From Macrostomum lignano (lineage: Eukaryota), in contig NIVC01002045.1 of NCBI GenBank assembly GCA_002269645.1, positions 62,001-126,000 of the forward strand: 64,000 nt of DNA, written 5' to 3'. The translations under genes and the position numbers were made by a program. Within the stretch, counting starts at the first letter, position 1. Each line of letters starts with the position of its first letter. The notes beneath the pieces were generated by a model. That model had not been told where the DNA came from. It ran no database searches and saw only the letters and a program-made list of their open reading frames with translations. Shown piece after piece: positions 35,072 to 63,658 of the stretch.

Positions 35072-36752
35072 TCATCTTCCCAGCATGCCTTTGACCTCCT
35101 GTCGCATCCTGCTGCTGCAGCCCAGCACGATGGCCCAGTTGAAAGCCTGGTTGGTCATGGCCAGGGTCTTCAGCAGGTACAGGATGTCAATCCAGATGCG
35201 GGCTGTGCTGTTCACCAACGTTTGGTCGAGCAGCTGCACCACCCAGAAGGCGACCGGCAACGGCGCGTTCGCCAACAGCGTGGTGCTTGACATGGCCAGC
35301 ACGACCAGCACGCCGCCCGCATTGTTCCCGGCTCGGGAGCTGGCAGAGCCGCCGTTTCCCGAGCTGACAGTCCCACTGGGCCTGGCCGCGAGTTGCTGCC
35401 GCCGCTTCCCTGCCGCTTGCAGCACGCAGCCGAGCAGAATTGAATTCAGCAGCAGCAGCAGCAGCAGCACGATGGTAGGCGGGTTGCACACAAGACTGTC
35501 GTACATGAGGAATCTGTCTTGGTCTTCTGGCGTGTAGTAGCAGTAGACGATGACGATGCCCATCTGGACAATCGGCCTGGAAATCACCTGGTTGGCGATG
35601 CCGCGCGGCAGGCTGAGCAAAGCGGAGGCAGCGGCGGCCGCCAGCACGGACAGGAAGGCGCTGCGAACGCCGCTGCGGCCGCGAAAGGTCAGCGGGGCCA
35701 GGAAGGTGGCGGTACGGCTGACCACCAGGACCAGCATCACAGTGGCCGGCAGCAGCTGCGTCAGGCCGATGACGGCTTTGTGAATCTTCGGGTGCGATTG
35801 GGTTTAGAAGCTTTGTGAGCATATCCCCGTATGCCGCATTGGTGCGAAATTTAACTTTAGGCAACGCAACGTGTTTGCTGCTTAGGTTGCTGAGATAAGT
35901 TGGTGAATATCAGATTGTTACTCTGATGCTAGCTATTGTGTCTAGTCTCTTTGCTCATGACTACTTGTGACTTGTGTAATGCTGGGACTACAGCTTGGAA
36001 AAGCGAGTATTGTACATACACGAGACGCCATATTTTCGGTTGGTTAATCCTCGCCTTTCAGACACAAGCGCGTTAATGATCGCCGTACAACAAAGGTCAG
36101 CAAACTCCGGCCCGCGAAGCCTCTCTATCCGGGTCCTTTGAAAGTGCACAATAGCAATCCGGGCCTGCTCAAGGCTTGTACGTCTCTTGTCAGCTCTTCT
36201 CTCCTTCCACATATCTCCTCTCCTATTTCCTCTCTGTTGTCCTCTAGTCTTTATTCCCTCCTTTCTCCTATTTCTCCTCTATTTCCTCTCCTCTGACCAG
36301 CAGTCATGCGCTTGGTCACGGGAAGGAAGTTACGCAACAGTCAATCTCAAGCCAACTGGGCGCTCTCTGACCTTGCAGCCGAGGTCGCTAACAGTGATCA
36401 TCACGAGCCCAAATCGACCATTGCTCAGCCAGGGCAGGCCCTTGTTGAGGAAGCCGTTCAGAACGCCCTGCACCACCAGTGTGACCCCGTCCACCACGGC
36501 GATGCACCCGTAGAAACAGTTCTGCTTGGTCAGCGGCTTCACCCGGCAGAGGGTCAGGTAGGCAACTAGGCTATTGCCCAGCAGGCCGACAACCATCACT
36601 GCAGGCAGCAGGCAGCCAGTCACTGCGCCGTTGATGTTGGCGATCAGGCAGCTGACGCTTTCACTGTCCTGACGGCAGGCCTGCAGCGGCGTGTCCAAAT
36701 CCTCGTAGAAGACAAGACGCGGTGTCACCCCTGAATTGTTGGTGCCGTTCAT
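35072..36752 (-). CDS. Rhodopsin-type (class A) orphan GPCR, divergent; exons 36372-36752, 35072-35785 (364 aa)
   Basis: N-terminal glycosylation sequons (NGT, NNS), TM1 VGLLGN, TM2 IAVVD, GCK|IHK joined in phase 0, seven hydrophobic segments, TM6 ANAPLPVAFW and TM7 NQAFNWAI...SSRMRQEV. Confidence 0.85.
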
Positions 36753-37364
36753 TGCGACTCGGTTCGGTTAAGTGCCGATCCGGACTCCATTTATGCCTAT
36801 TGTGAGCGGCATACGTCAAAGCCTAATTGGTGAATAAACATGGGCGTGCCGTCACTTTGATGCCAGATGCTCGCCATTTAAGATCTATTTTTGGTGTCTC
36901 AACTGAACTCTTGTTTGCGCCTTTGACTCCGCTTGATGCCATGATGATGGAAGCTGGAATTAATTGCGTCTGGAATCCCAATTAGCTCGAAGCCTTGGAG
37001 TCAGCTAATTAGAAAAAATAGCTTTCTCGATGAAAAACTCTTGAGACATCAAAGCCAAAAGAAGGCCCGTGAAGCGCATTTTCGAATCAAATCTTCAAAG
37101 CAAATTAGAGCACGCAAAATACAAGAAGCAAGAAGAAAGCGATTAAATCAAGGGGTCTAGAGAGGCTGCAGTGCAAGGTGCAGAGTCCCACACCTGTCTA
37201 AAAATTTAAGGCTTTGTCACGGATTCGAACCAAGCCACTGCTTGGCGTCATAGCTATTCATATAGTAATTAAAATTAACGTACGAATGGACGAAAAGCGG
37301 AATAATTGTATTGAAATTTCAGAAATGCCAGGTTTATTTACCAGCTCGGTGTATATTTGAAAAA

Positions 37365-39434
37365 CTAAGACAGCAGCAGGTAGGACAGCAGGTGAGCAAT
37401 GACCAGCACATTGACGCTGTTTCCAAGCAGCTGGTAGGCCTGCCTTCTCGACAGGCACAGGCTGGTTGAGAAGCTGTAACCTGGCGGAAAGTGCATGAGA
37501 CCTGCCACCTCGGCTGCAGACAAATAGCGCAGCCCGAGCGACTCCGCGTACGCCTGCATCGTCTCGGCGTCGCCGCTGCCGCCGGCGCTATCGACAAACT
37601 CGCCGTTGTTGATGTCGTCGTCGCTCAGATCGTCCGGCGCCAAGGAGGAGCAGCTCGCATCGATCGCGGCAGCCGCGGAATCGGCGTGGCTGACCTCGCC
37701 GTGTGTCCGCGGCGGGCAGGCGCCGGCCTTTACCCGGTCGTGGCTCGGCTTTCCGAACGCCAGCCTGCGGGTCTGCAGCACCGAGCCGGTGCCTTCCACC
37801 CGCTTGCCGTAGCCTTTGGTGAAGCAGCAGGTCGCCCGGGAGCGCGGCTGCCGGATGTCCAGCACGGGGAAGAACTGTTCGAGCTGGCGGCTGGTCAGGT
37901 ACAGCTCGGGCTCGGCGTCCGCTCCAGGCGACAGGTAGTCGGACAGTGGCCGCGCGAACGGCCGGTAGCAGCGCAGGTGCGAATCGTGGGTGAGCTGGCC
38001 GGGCTGGAGCCGGCCGGAGCAGACGGGGCAGCAGCAGGACGGCAGCAGAGGCTGCGAAGTGGCCGCAGACGGAGGACGGTCGATGAGGCAGTTGGCGGGC
38101 AGGAGGCGGGCAGCTGCAGGTTCGGGCGCGCCGGGGCGCCAGGCGAGCAGGTAAAAGCGAAGCCGGGAGTTGGGGACGCCGAACTGCAGGGGACTCAGCA
38201 GCAGCTGGCGGTACTCGTAGCTGGAGTGGGAAATACGGTGGGACAAGTAGCTGGAGTGGGAAATACAATGGGACAAGTAGCTGGAGTGGGAAATACAGTG
38301 GGACAAGTAGCTGGAGTGGGAAATACGGTGGGACAAGTAGCTGGAGTGGGAAATACAGTGGGACAAGTAGCTGGAGTGGGAAATACAATGGGACAAGTAG
38401 CTGGAGTGGGAAATACGGTGGGACAAGTAGCTGGAGTGGGAAATACAGTGGGACAAGTAGCTGGAGTGGGAAATACGGTGGGACAAGTAGCTGGAGTGGG
38501 AAATACGGTGGGACAAGTAGCTGGAGTGGGAAATGCGGTGGGACAAGTAGCTGGAGTGGGAAATACGGCGGGACAAGTAGCTGGAGTGGGAAATGCGGTG
38601 GGACAAGTAGCTGGAGTGGGAAATACGGCGGGACAAGTAGCTGGAGTGGGAAATACGGTGGGACAAGTAGCTGGAGTGGGAAATACGGTGGGACAAGTAG
38701 CTGGAGTGGGAAATGCGGTGGGACAAGTAGCTGGAGTGGGAAATACGGTGGGATAAGTAGCCAAAGTTGATTCTCCCTTCGATTTGCGGCAGTGCTGCAA
38801 AAGCTCCACTAACTACTTAAAGTAATATCAAAAGAACGAAGCAGTTCAATAGGCCGTACGCACCCAAATTAAAATTGCCCTAAACCTAGGGGTTGCGGTC
38901 CGATCACACCCTGCAGAGCCAACCCCCACTGAATCTTTCTCACCCGCACTTGTTGAGACACTCCAGCAGCCGCTCAGCAGCCGGGCTGGCCTCGAAGCCC
39001 TGCACATTCTCCAGCAACAGCCGGCTTGGCCGCTCGTCATCAGGCAGGCTCGCCAGCACCTCCAGCAGACGAAGCAGCGGTTTGCACCTGGCGTCGTCAA
39101 GGCCGCGCCGGTTGCCAAGCCGGCTAAATGGCTGACACGGCGGGCTCATCAGCCACAGGTTGGCTGTCAGGGCTCGAACCCGGGCCAACCCAATCGAGTC
39201 AAGCGAGGCGGTGCACACGCGAACGCCGGGAAAGTTGCGCTCGTACACCGAGTTGGCGATGTTGTTGACGTCAAAGGCGCCGGCTATGCTGTAGCTGAAC
39301 TCGCGCTCACCGACCAGCTGGCGCAGCAGCTGCAGGGCGCAGTGCATGCCCCCGATGCCGGAGAAGAACTCGGCGACGCGAAGTTCTCCTTTTGATCCTC
39401 CTTGATGCTGCGGATGCAGGTGGCAGCTTGGTTG
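37365..39434 (-). CDS. TRDMT1: Dnmt2 / TRDMT1 tRNA(C38) cytosine-5 methyltransferase; exons 38944-39434, 37365-38220; start codon possibly in a tiny exon at 40917-40922 (ATGCAA|gtaact)
   Basis: Motif I LRVAEFFSGIGGMH, motif IV MSPPCQPF, motif VI LLENV, motif VIII GVPNSRLRFY, Dnmt2-specific CFTKGYG, LRYLSAAEVAGLMHFP and motif X LLGNSVNV. Confidence 0.93.
38221..38760. repeat. 30-bp tandem repeat in the Dnmt2 intron (CTGGAGTGGGAAATACGGTGGGACAAGTAG), 18 copies
   Basis: Direct reading. Abuts the exon boundary at 38220. Confidence 0.96.
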
Positions 39435-39477
39435 CTAAGAGACCTGGGCACAGAGACTTCGTTATCGAATTGATGAG

Positions 39478-40863
39478 ATTGATGGAGCTGTGAGCTGGGG
39501 ATTGATGGAGCTGTGAGCTGGGGATTGATGGAGCGGTGAGCTGGGGATTGATGGAGCTGTGGGCTGGGGATTGATGGAGCTGTGAGCTGGGGATTGATGG
39601 AGCTGTGAGCTGGGGATTGATGGAGCTGTGGGCTGGGGATTGATGGAGCTGTGAGCTGGGGATTGATGGAGCTGTGAGCTGGGGATTGATGGAGCTGTGG
39701 GCTGGGGATTGATGGAGCTGTGAGCTGGGGATTGATGAAGCTGTGAGCTGGGGATTGATGAAGCTGTGAGCTGGGGATTGATGGAGCTGTGGGCTTGGGA
39801 TTGATGGAGCTGTGGCTGGGGATTGATGAAGATGTGGCTGGGGATTGATGAAGCTGTGAGCTGGGGATTGATGGAGCTGTGGGCTGGGGATTGATGGAGC
39901 TGTGGGCTGGGGATTGATGGAGCTGTGAGCTGGGGATTGATGGAGCTGTGAGCTGGGGATTGATGGAGCTGTGGGCTGGGGATTGATGGAGCTGTGGGCT
40001 GGGGATTGATGGAGCTGTGAGCCAGGGATTGATGAAGCTGTGAGCTGGGGATTGATGAAGCTGTGAGCTGGGGATTGATGGAGCTGTGGGCTGGGGATTG
40101 ATGGAGCTGTGGCTGGGGATTGATGGAGCTGTGAGCTGGGGATTGATGGAGCTGTGAGCCAGGGATTGATGGAGATGTGAGCCAGGGATTGATGAAGCTG
40201 TGAGCTGGGGATTGATGAAGCTGTGAGCTAGGGATTGATGAAGCTGTGGGCTGGGGATTGATGAAGCTGTGGGCTGGGGATTGATGGAGCTGTGGGCTGG
40301 GGATTGATGGAGCTGTGAGCTGGGGATTGATGGAGCTGTGAGCCAGGGATTGATGGAGATGTGAGCCAGGGATTGATGAAGCTGTGAGCTGGGGATTGAT
40401 GAAGCTGTGAGCTAGGGATTGATGAAGCTGTGGGCTGGGGATTGATGAAGCTGTGGGCTGGGGATTGATGAAGCTGTGGGCTGGGGATTGATGGAGCTGT
40501 GGGCTGGGGATTGATGGAGCTGTGGCTGGGAATTGATGGAGCTGTGGCTGGGGATTGATGAAGCTGTGGGCTGGGGATTGATGAAGCTGTGGGCTGGGGA
40601 TTGATGGAGCTGTGGGCTGGGGATTGATGGAGCTGTGAGCTGGGGATTGATGGAGCTGTGGGCTGGGAATTGATGGAGCTGTGGCTGGGGATTGATGAAG
40701 CTGTGGGCTGGGGATTGATGAAGCTGTGGGCTGGGGATTGATGGAGCTGTGGGCTGGGAATTGATGGAGCTGTGGGCTGGGGATTGATGGAGCTGTGGGC
40801 TGGGGATTGATGGAGCTGTGGGCTGGGGATTGATGGAGATGTGGCTGTGGATTGATGGAGCTG
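39478..40863. repeat. 23-bp minisatellite (GATTGATGGAGCTGTGAGCTGGG)
   Basis: Direct reading. Confidence 0.95.
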
Positions 40864-41767
40864 CAGTTTTTGGCTGTAACAACGAACTATCAGAGTCTGT
40901 AACTACGAGCAGTTACTTGCATTTCTCCAAACGTGACAAAAGTTACTAACAATAGCCTGTGGGAGGCAGTTCAGTCAATATTTTCGTGCACTTGGCTGAC
41001 AGAGCAGTTATTAGAAGACTAGTGAGTTATTAAACACTTTCCAAATAAAATAACACGTAAAGATTTTTCCAGTTCCCGTTTAATTGATTTCAATGACGAC
41101 CAACAATGAAAGAAATCTTAATAAATATAATTTAATTTAATTTACTTGTCCAAGAGAGAACACTGGATTTAAAAACAGCTGGTGCGAGGATCCAGAAAAA
41201 GCAGTCGCACTCGTACTCCCCAAAATGACAAGTTAGTTGCATAATTATGCATCATATAATATCCTGCATGCTTTTTGATTTGAGTAGAGGCCAGCTAATA
41301 ATTTAAAGAAATTCTGCAAACCAGAATCAATAAAACTGGTGTTTATCAATAACCCATAATTGGTGCAAAGCAAAGCAAAAAATTGATGAGGAATGCCAGC
41401 CTGACTCGCGTCCCTAGGAACAGCTTGAGCAGCCCATCTAATTAGCTGAGAACCTATTAGCTAATATAATGCTTCAGGCAGTTAACACAAAGGTATAGAG
41501 CGTGTAGGTAAGCCGGGACACTGAAATAAATAACAATAGACTGTAAAAATTAATAAGCAAACTGCTTAAGGATGGGTCAGACACAGTTTTATAACGTATA
41601 TATAGAGAGAGTCTAAAGGACAATATGGTAATTAATCATTAGCCACTAAGTTACTTTTTGTAGCAGAACACAATAACAGCAGGACAACAGCGAGGCTATT
41701 AAGGGGGTCCAGAATCTTAGATAAAAGCATCATCAGCAGGGTCTGCTCTCCCCGAGCATGGCGACAC

Positions 41768-41997
41768 TGACAGATAGACAGACAGACAGCCACAGACAGA
41801 CAGACAGACAGACAAACACACAGATAGACAGACAGGCAGACAGACAGACAGACAGACAAACACACAGATAGACAGACAGGCAGACAGACAGACAGACAGA
41901 CAAACACACAGATAGACAGACAGGCAGACAGACAGACAGACAGACAAACACACAGATAGACAGACAGGCAGACAGACAGACAGACAGACAAACACAC

Positions 41998-42042
<45 letters not shown>

Positions 42043-42090
42043 CACAGATAGACAGGCAGGCAGACAGACACAGACAGACATCAGGCAGAC
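41768..42090. repeat. (CAGA)n compound microsatellite with a recurring CAAACACACAGATAG interruption
   Basis: Direct reading. Confidence 0.9.
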
Positions 42091-42854
42091 CGACAGTTGA
42101 AAAAAGGGAAATAAAAACAGTACGAACAACGGTAGGAAAGTACATTAAAACAGCCGCCACCCAGGGAACTTGGGATACAACGTAATAAAAGTACAATGAA
42201 GACAAAGCAAACAGGAAACACTATAAGAGAGCAGAGGGTTTATAATTTTTGCTGGAGATTGACAAATAATAATAACAGATTCAAAGCGCCTACTGTCGAC
42301 TACTAAGTAGTATCGAAAGCAAACTGGCCCTATTTTTTAACTGAAGATGGTAATACAGCATTATTCCAGGGCAGGCCGACCCCGCCCGGACACTGGGAGT
42401 AAGCAGAATAATTATTAGTAAAAGCAGCAACCAAAATGGGGACAACAAAGCAAAACAAAGGGGAGAGCGAGAGGCCCCGTTAAATAGAGGCATCAATTGC
42501 CGGAACGGATAACGATGAGGCTTACAATAATATAAAACAATAATCATACAGACGTCATCAATAAGTATATTGATAATATTTATGCTTTGGAATAAAACGA
42601 CAGCAAAACAGAGACAAAATTTTCAACAAAGGAAAAATTGACAAGATTAACAGAAGAAGTTAAGCAAAGACAAAAAAGTTCAGACGGCAACAAGACAAAG
42701 AAATTTAGCGGGCCGCGGCGAGATGTCAGTTTCGAGTTGCTAACTGATTGATGAAGAACTGAAGCTAAACTGAGTTAACGTTGCGTAACAAAGCTGACAA
42801 CAAGGAACACATTGCAGCTGGGCCTGGGCATGAGAATAAACATTTGAACCCGCT

Positions 42855-43140
42855 TATCTATCCAGGCACCTAGCCTGTATCTTTCCAGGCACCTAGCCTG
42901 TATCTATCCAGACACCTAGTTTCTATATATCCAGGCACCTAGCCAATATATCTATCCAGGCACCTAGTCTCTATATATCCAGGCACCTAGCCTATATATC
43001 TATCCAGGCACCTAGTCTCTATATATCCAGGCACCTAGCCTATTATCTATCCAGGCACCTAGCGTATTATCTATCCAGGCACCTAGCCTATATCTATCCA
43101 GGCACCTAGCCTATATATCTATCCAGGCACCTAGCTAATA
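42855..43140. repeat. Degenerate 22-24-bp repeat (TATCTATCCAGGCACCTAGCC)
   Basis: Direct reading. Confidence 0.85.
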
Positions 43141-43344
43141 TCTAGCCTATCCTATTCCAATATCCCGACTGTTCTCACATTAATTGGACAACAGATTCCG
43201 TGCTTCACTACCCAGCTGCATCCAGGAAATAAAGGAACATAAGAAAAATGACACCCAAGTTGCGACTCAAGAGCAAAAATCTCTAAACCGATCCCCCATC
43301 TGAGAAGTCATAAATCCAGCTCCCCTGCTGCAAATTTTGTCCAA

Positions 43345-58291
<14,947 letters not shown>

Positions 58292-59954
58292 TATTACTTT
58301 AGAATATAAAATTGAGATGCGATTTGTTAATTGAAAACACAATCGATTAACACAAACTAACACAAGGCAAACTTAGTATAGTAACTTATACTTTTAATTG
58401 CGGGGAATAAACGTCAGGTGATAAACACACATATTTAATTTTTTTCTTTCTTGGTACTTAGACGTATAAATTAAAAAACACTGTAATTAGTTAAAAATCG
58501 GTTTTCTAAATATTTTTATGACGTTGGCAACAAACGTTTCAAATTAAAGTCAATCTTTGTTTTAACTGATGAGCTTTTTGCGGAGTGCTTATAGAATTAA
58601 GTATATACTCCTGTAGCCATGCAGTTTTCTGATATCATGCCATTCTCGAATTAATCAGCAATGATATCAACATTACGATATTATACTATTTCAGCACCAT
58701 TTTACGAAAATTAAAGGCTTTTTACGTTAAATGCATTAATATTATATGCATGACATTTTAATCAGTCATCCGTAATTTCCATGTGGATGTACGTAAATTG
58801 TATGTATATTATTGTATATATCGTATGCATGCTTCCTACATATAGAGTATCTGAGACTAATTTAATTACATACAGTATTGTATGGATCGTCGAAGTACAT
58901 AGTAATACACAGAACATGTGGAACCAGAATAATTGATTTGTGGCAAAAATTAGGCGAAATATGTTTTTTTATATACAAGTGCATCTATACAGTTGTATTG
59001 GATAATGCACAAATGCTTTTGGTATACATTATGCGCACATTATATATCGCCATGTACATACCATATCTGCTTGTTAAATATTGTTTGGTGCTTTAGTACT
59101 GCCTAATTCGTGGTCTTTTTATTGTTGCGCATGCGTGTATTATTGATACACAGTAAATTTACATGCAAAGTATTGATTGATTTATGTATTTACAGTATTT
59201 TCAATACGAAAAAGATGTATACGAATGAATTAAGTTATATACTTTCATGTAATGGGTGGTATATCAGAAGAATCATTATTTCATTAAAAAGCTGTAAACT
59301 TAATGATATAACTCATTAACCAGCATTGCGTTTGCATTGTGCCGCGCCATTATTGCACTTCAACAAGGAAATGCAGCAAGATACAGTATATGTGAGGGCA
59401 AACAATTAAAAAGCCTATTAAATTCGGTCATGCCAGCCCAGACGAACTTTTCTAGAAATCACACCACTCAGAATAAAGCCGGCGTTAATTGAGCTGCAGG
59501 TGGTGGATCGTTAGCGGGGCCCGAGGAAGAGTCGTATAAGTCTCAGCGAAACACCGTCAAAGGCGGAGGCTCGGGACCGGCTGATAAGCCAAGCCGACGG
59601 GACAGCCCTGTGATCTCTCAGGTGTTGTAAATGACCATAAAATTATTTTTAATGAGCAACAGAATTATTAAACTCGCAGGCAGAGCAGACCTGCGCAGTT
59701 TTATGATCGCCAATTCAACCTTGAGCTGTCGGTATTTAATAAAAGCATTCACTTCTTTCCCGAAGGGCCAGAAAAATGCAGATAAAATTATACTTCAATT
59801 GCCATAAAACATAAACAATCAGGGCAGACGGAAACAACAACCCTGTGCACCTTCGGAGTTCATAAAAGCTGAAACGATAAGTGCAGATTAGCAGTTTTTA
59901 TTGATATTTGGAAGCACCTACGCCGATGCAGTGCGTATGCACCAATGCTCAGCC

Positions 59955-62430
59955 CCCTGACACTCGATTCGGACCCGGCCCTGACACTCGATTAGGAGCC
60001 CTGACACTCGATTCGGACCCGGCCCTGACACTCGATTAGGAGCCCTGACACTCGATTCGGACCCGGCCCTGACACTCGATTAGGAGCCCTGACACTCGAT
60101 TCGGACCCCTGACACTCGATTAGGACACTCCTGACACTCGATTAGGACACTCCTGACACTCGATTCGGAGACCTGACACTCGATTCAGACACTCTTGACA
60201 CTCGATTCGAATCCCTGACACTCGATTTGGAGCCCTGAGACTCGATTTGGAGCCCTGACACTCGATTCGGAGCCCTGACACTCGATTTGGACCATTGACA
60301 CTCGATTAGGACACTCTTGACACTCGATTCTGACCCCTGACACTCGATTCGGAGCCCTGACACTCGATTCGGACCCCTGACACTCGATTAGGACACTCCT
60401 GACACTCGATTAGGACACTCCTGACACTCGATTAGGACACTCCTGACACTCGATTAGGACACTCCTGACACTCGATTCGGAGACCTGACACTCAATTCAG
60501 ACACTCTTGACACTCGATTCGGACCCCTGACACTCGATTCGGACACTCCTGACACTCGATTTTGAGCCCTGACACTCGATTCGGAGCCTTGACACTCGAT
60601 TCGGAGCCCTGACACTCGATTTGGACCATTGACACTCGATTAGGACACTCCTGACACTCGATTAGGACACTCCTGACACTCGATTCGGAGACCTGACACT
60701 CGATTCAGACACTCTTGACACTCGATTCGGATCCCTGACACTCGATTTGGAGCCCTGAGACTCGATTTGGAGCCCTGACACTCGATTCGGAGCCCTGACA
60801 CTCGATTTGGACCATTGACACTCGATTAGGACACTCTTGACACTCGATTCGGACCCCTGACACTCGATTCGGAGCCCTGACACTCGATTCGGACCCCTGA
60901 CACTCGATTAGGACACTCCTGACACTCGATTAGGACACTCCTGACACTCGATTAGGACACTCCTGACACTCGATTAGGACACTCCTGACACTCGATTCGG
61001 AGACCTGACACTCAATTCAGACACTCTTGACACTCGATTCGGACCATTGACACTCGATTCGGATCCCTGACACTCGATTTGGAGCCCTGAGACTCGATTT
61101 GGAGCCCTGACACTCGATTCGGACCCCTGACACTCGATTCGGAGCCCTGACACTCGATTCGGACCCCTGACACTCGATTAGGACACTCCTGACACTCGAT
61201 TCGGAGCCCTGACACTCGATTCGGAGCCCTGACACTCGATTCGGAGCCCTGACACTCGATTCGGACCCCTGACACTCGATTCGGACCATTGACACTCGAT
61301 TTGGACCCCTGACACTCGATTTGGACCATTGACATTCAATTAGGACAGTCCTGACACTCGATTCGGACCCCTGACACTCGATTCGGACACTCCTGACACT
61401 CGATTTTGAGCCCTGACACTCGATTCGGAGCCTTGACACTCGATTCGGAGCCCTGACACTCGATTTGGACCATTGACACTCGATTAGGACACTCCTGACA
61501 CTCGATTAGGACACTCCTGACACTCGATTCGGAGACCTGACACTCGATTCAGACACTCTTGACACTCGATTCGGATCCCTGACACTCGATTTGGAGCCCT
61601 GAGACTCGATTTACAGCCCTGACACTCGATTCGGAGCCCTGACACTCGATTTGGACCATTGACACTCGATTAGGACACTCCTGACACTCGATTTGGAGCC
61701 CTGAGACTCAATTCGGACCCCTGACACTCGATTCGGACCCCTGACACTCGATTCGGACCCCTGACACTCGATTAGGACACTCCTGACACTCGATTCGGAG
61801 CCCTGACACTCGATTCGGACACTCTTGACACTCGATTCGGACCATTGACACTCGATTTGGACCCCTGACACTCGATTCGGACCCCTGGCACTCGATTCGG
61901 ACACTCCTGACACTCGATTTTGAGCCCTGACACTCGATTCGGACACTCTTGACACTCGATTCGGACCATTGACACTCGATTTGGACCCCTGACACTCGAT
62001 TCGGACACTCCTGACGCTCGATTTTGAGCCCTGACACTCGATTCGGAGCCTTGACACTCGATTCGGACCCCTGACACTCGATTCGGACCCCTGACACTCG
62101 ATTCGGACCCCTGACACTCGATTCGGACACTCCTGACACTCGATTTTGAGCCCTGACACTCGATTCGGACACTCTTGACACTCGATTCGGACCCCTGACA
62201 CTCGATTCGGACCCCTGACACTCGATTCGGACCCCTGACACTCGATTTGGAGCCCTGACACTCGATTTGGACCATTGACACTCGATTAGGACACTCTTGA
62301 CACTCGATTCGGACCCCTGACACTCGATTCGGACCCCTGACACTCGATACGGAGCCCTGACACTCGATACGGAGCCCTGACACTCGATACTAGATTCGGA
62401 GACCCGAAACTCGATTAAGAGCCCTGACAC
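59955..62430. repeat. Complex 18-21-bp satellite (invariant TGACACTCGATT core plus variant linkers) with higher-order repeats
   Basis: Direct reading. ORFs 60142-60363 and 60662-60883 are near-identical at a 520-bp offset. Confidence 0.95.
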
Positions 62431-62953
62431 CCTCCGCTTTATTTGACTCCCCGACACCCAATTTGACTCCCTTGACACCTAGTTTAACTCCCTAACCTGA
62501 AACTCCTCCCTCTAAAGCATTAATAGCTACCCTCCAAATACCCTAACTAGAACCCCGTACAGAATCATCTCAGCAGTTGCCAGCAGGATTGCTCAATTGG
62601 AGAAAGCGATATTCGAGGATACACCCTCAAGTGTTGAGAGTTCAGCTGCACCTCAGGCTCAGCCTCAGGTTGCACTGACCAGCTCAGGCAGCCGCGGGGC
62701 GGTCACATTCCAGCGTATCTTATCAACCTTCAAGCGAAACCAGCAAGGCTCGGAGGTGCAGACAGGGGAAACGTATAAACTTGATCTACAGATAAGTTTA
62801 GACTATCGAAAAAACACTGCACCTACTACACTATAAAATGGCTGACTGCCTATTGAGTTTTCGCTAGCAGACAAACGTAGTTTCTTAGCATAATTGATTT
62901 CTGTTTGAATTTTTACGCTGCAATCAGGCTATCCGATTTTCGAGTTGTAACCA

Positions 62954-63624
62954 ATGGCAACCAGCTGTTTCTTCGGTTCTTGCAACTGTTGGCAGTGCCG
63001 CCGGTGCTATGGCAGCAATGGGGTTGTCGGCAACACGGGCGGCTGGGCTCCCAGCGGCTGCCAGACGGCGCCTCCGCCGATGTCCCTGTGGCCGCCGCCG
63101 CCGCCACCCCAGCCGCCCGCGCTGGCGCCGCCGAATCCTCAGCCCCGAAGGCGAAAGAGAAACCACGTGCCCCGGCCGATGAACCCTTTCATGGTGTGGG
63201 CCAAGGTTGAGCGCAAGCGGATGTCCAGGGCGCACCCGGATGTGCACAATGTGCAGTTGAGCCGGCTGCTCGGTGAGCTTACAATTACATCCACCCGTGT
63301 GAAGAGGGCCAGTCCCGAAGCCTCCGAGAGTGTACATGCCTGATGATGATGATGAGAAAGTCTGGGTCGCTGTACACCCCGTGTGAGCGTGTGCCTGCGC
63401 ACGTATCCGTGTGTGCGCTCTGAAGTCAGCGAAATGAGCATGACTGCTTGAGTTCCACTTTCAAGTAAACTAGCTAACTAACTGGACTCTGTCCGTCTTC
63501 AGGTGACAGATGGAGGTCGATGCCCTACCAGGAGAAGCTGCCCTACATCCTGGAGGCCGACCGGCTCAAGCAGCAGCACCTGCTGGACCATCCGGGCTAC
63601 AAGTACCAGCCGAGGCGGAGGCGG

Positions 63625-63658
<34 letters not shown>

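Noticed and set aside
37491-38756. 421-aa plus-strand ORF and 266/204-aa alternative-frame ORFs
   Set aside because: Antisense or shifted-frame shadows of the GC-rich Dnmt2 exon plus the 30-bp repeat.
60142-62478. Multiple 70-256-aa IECQGS-repeat ORFs
   Set aside because: Satellite translations.
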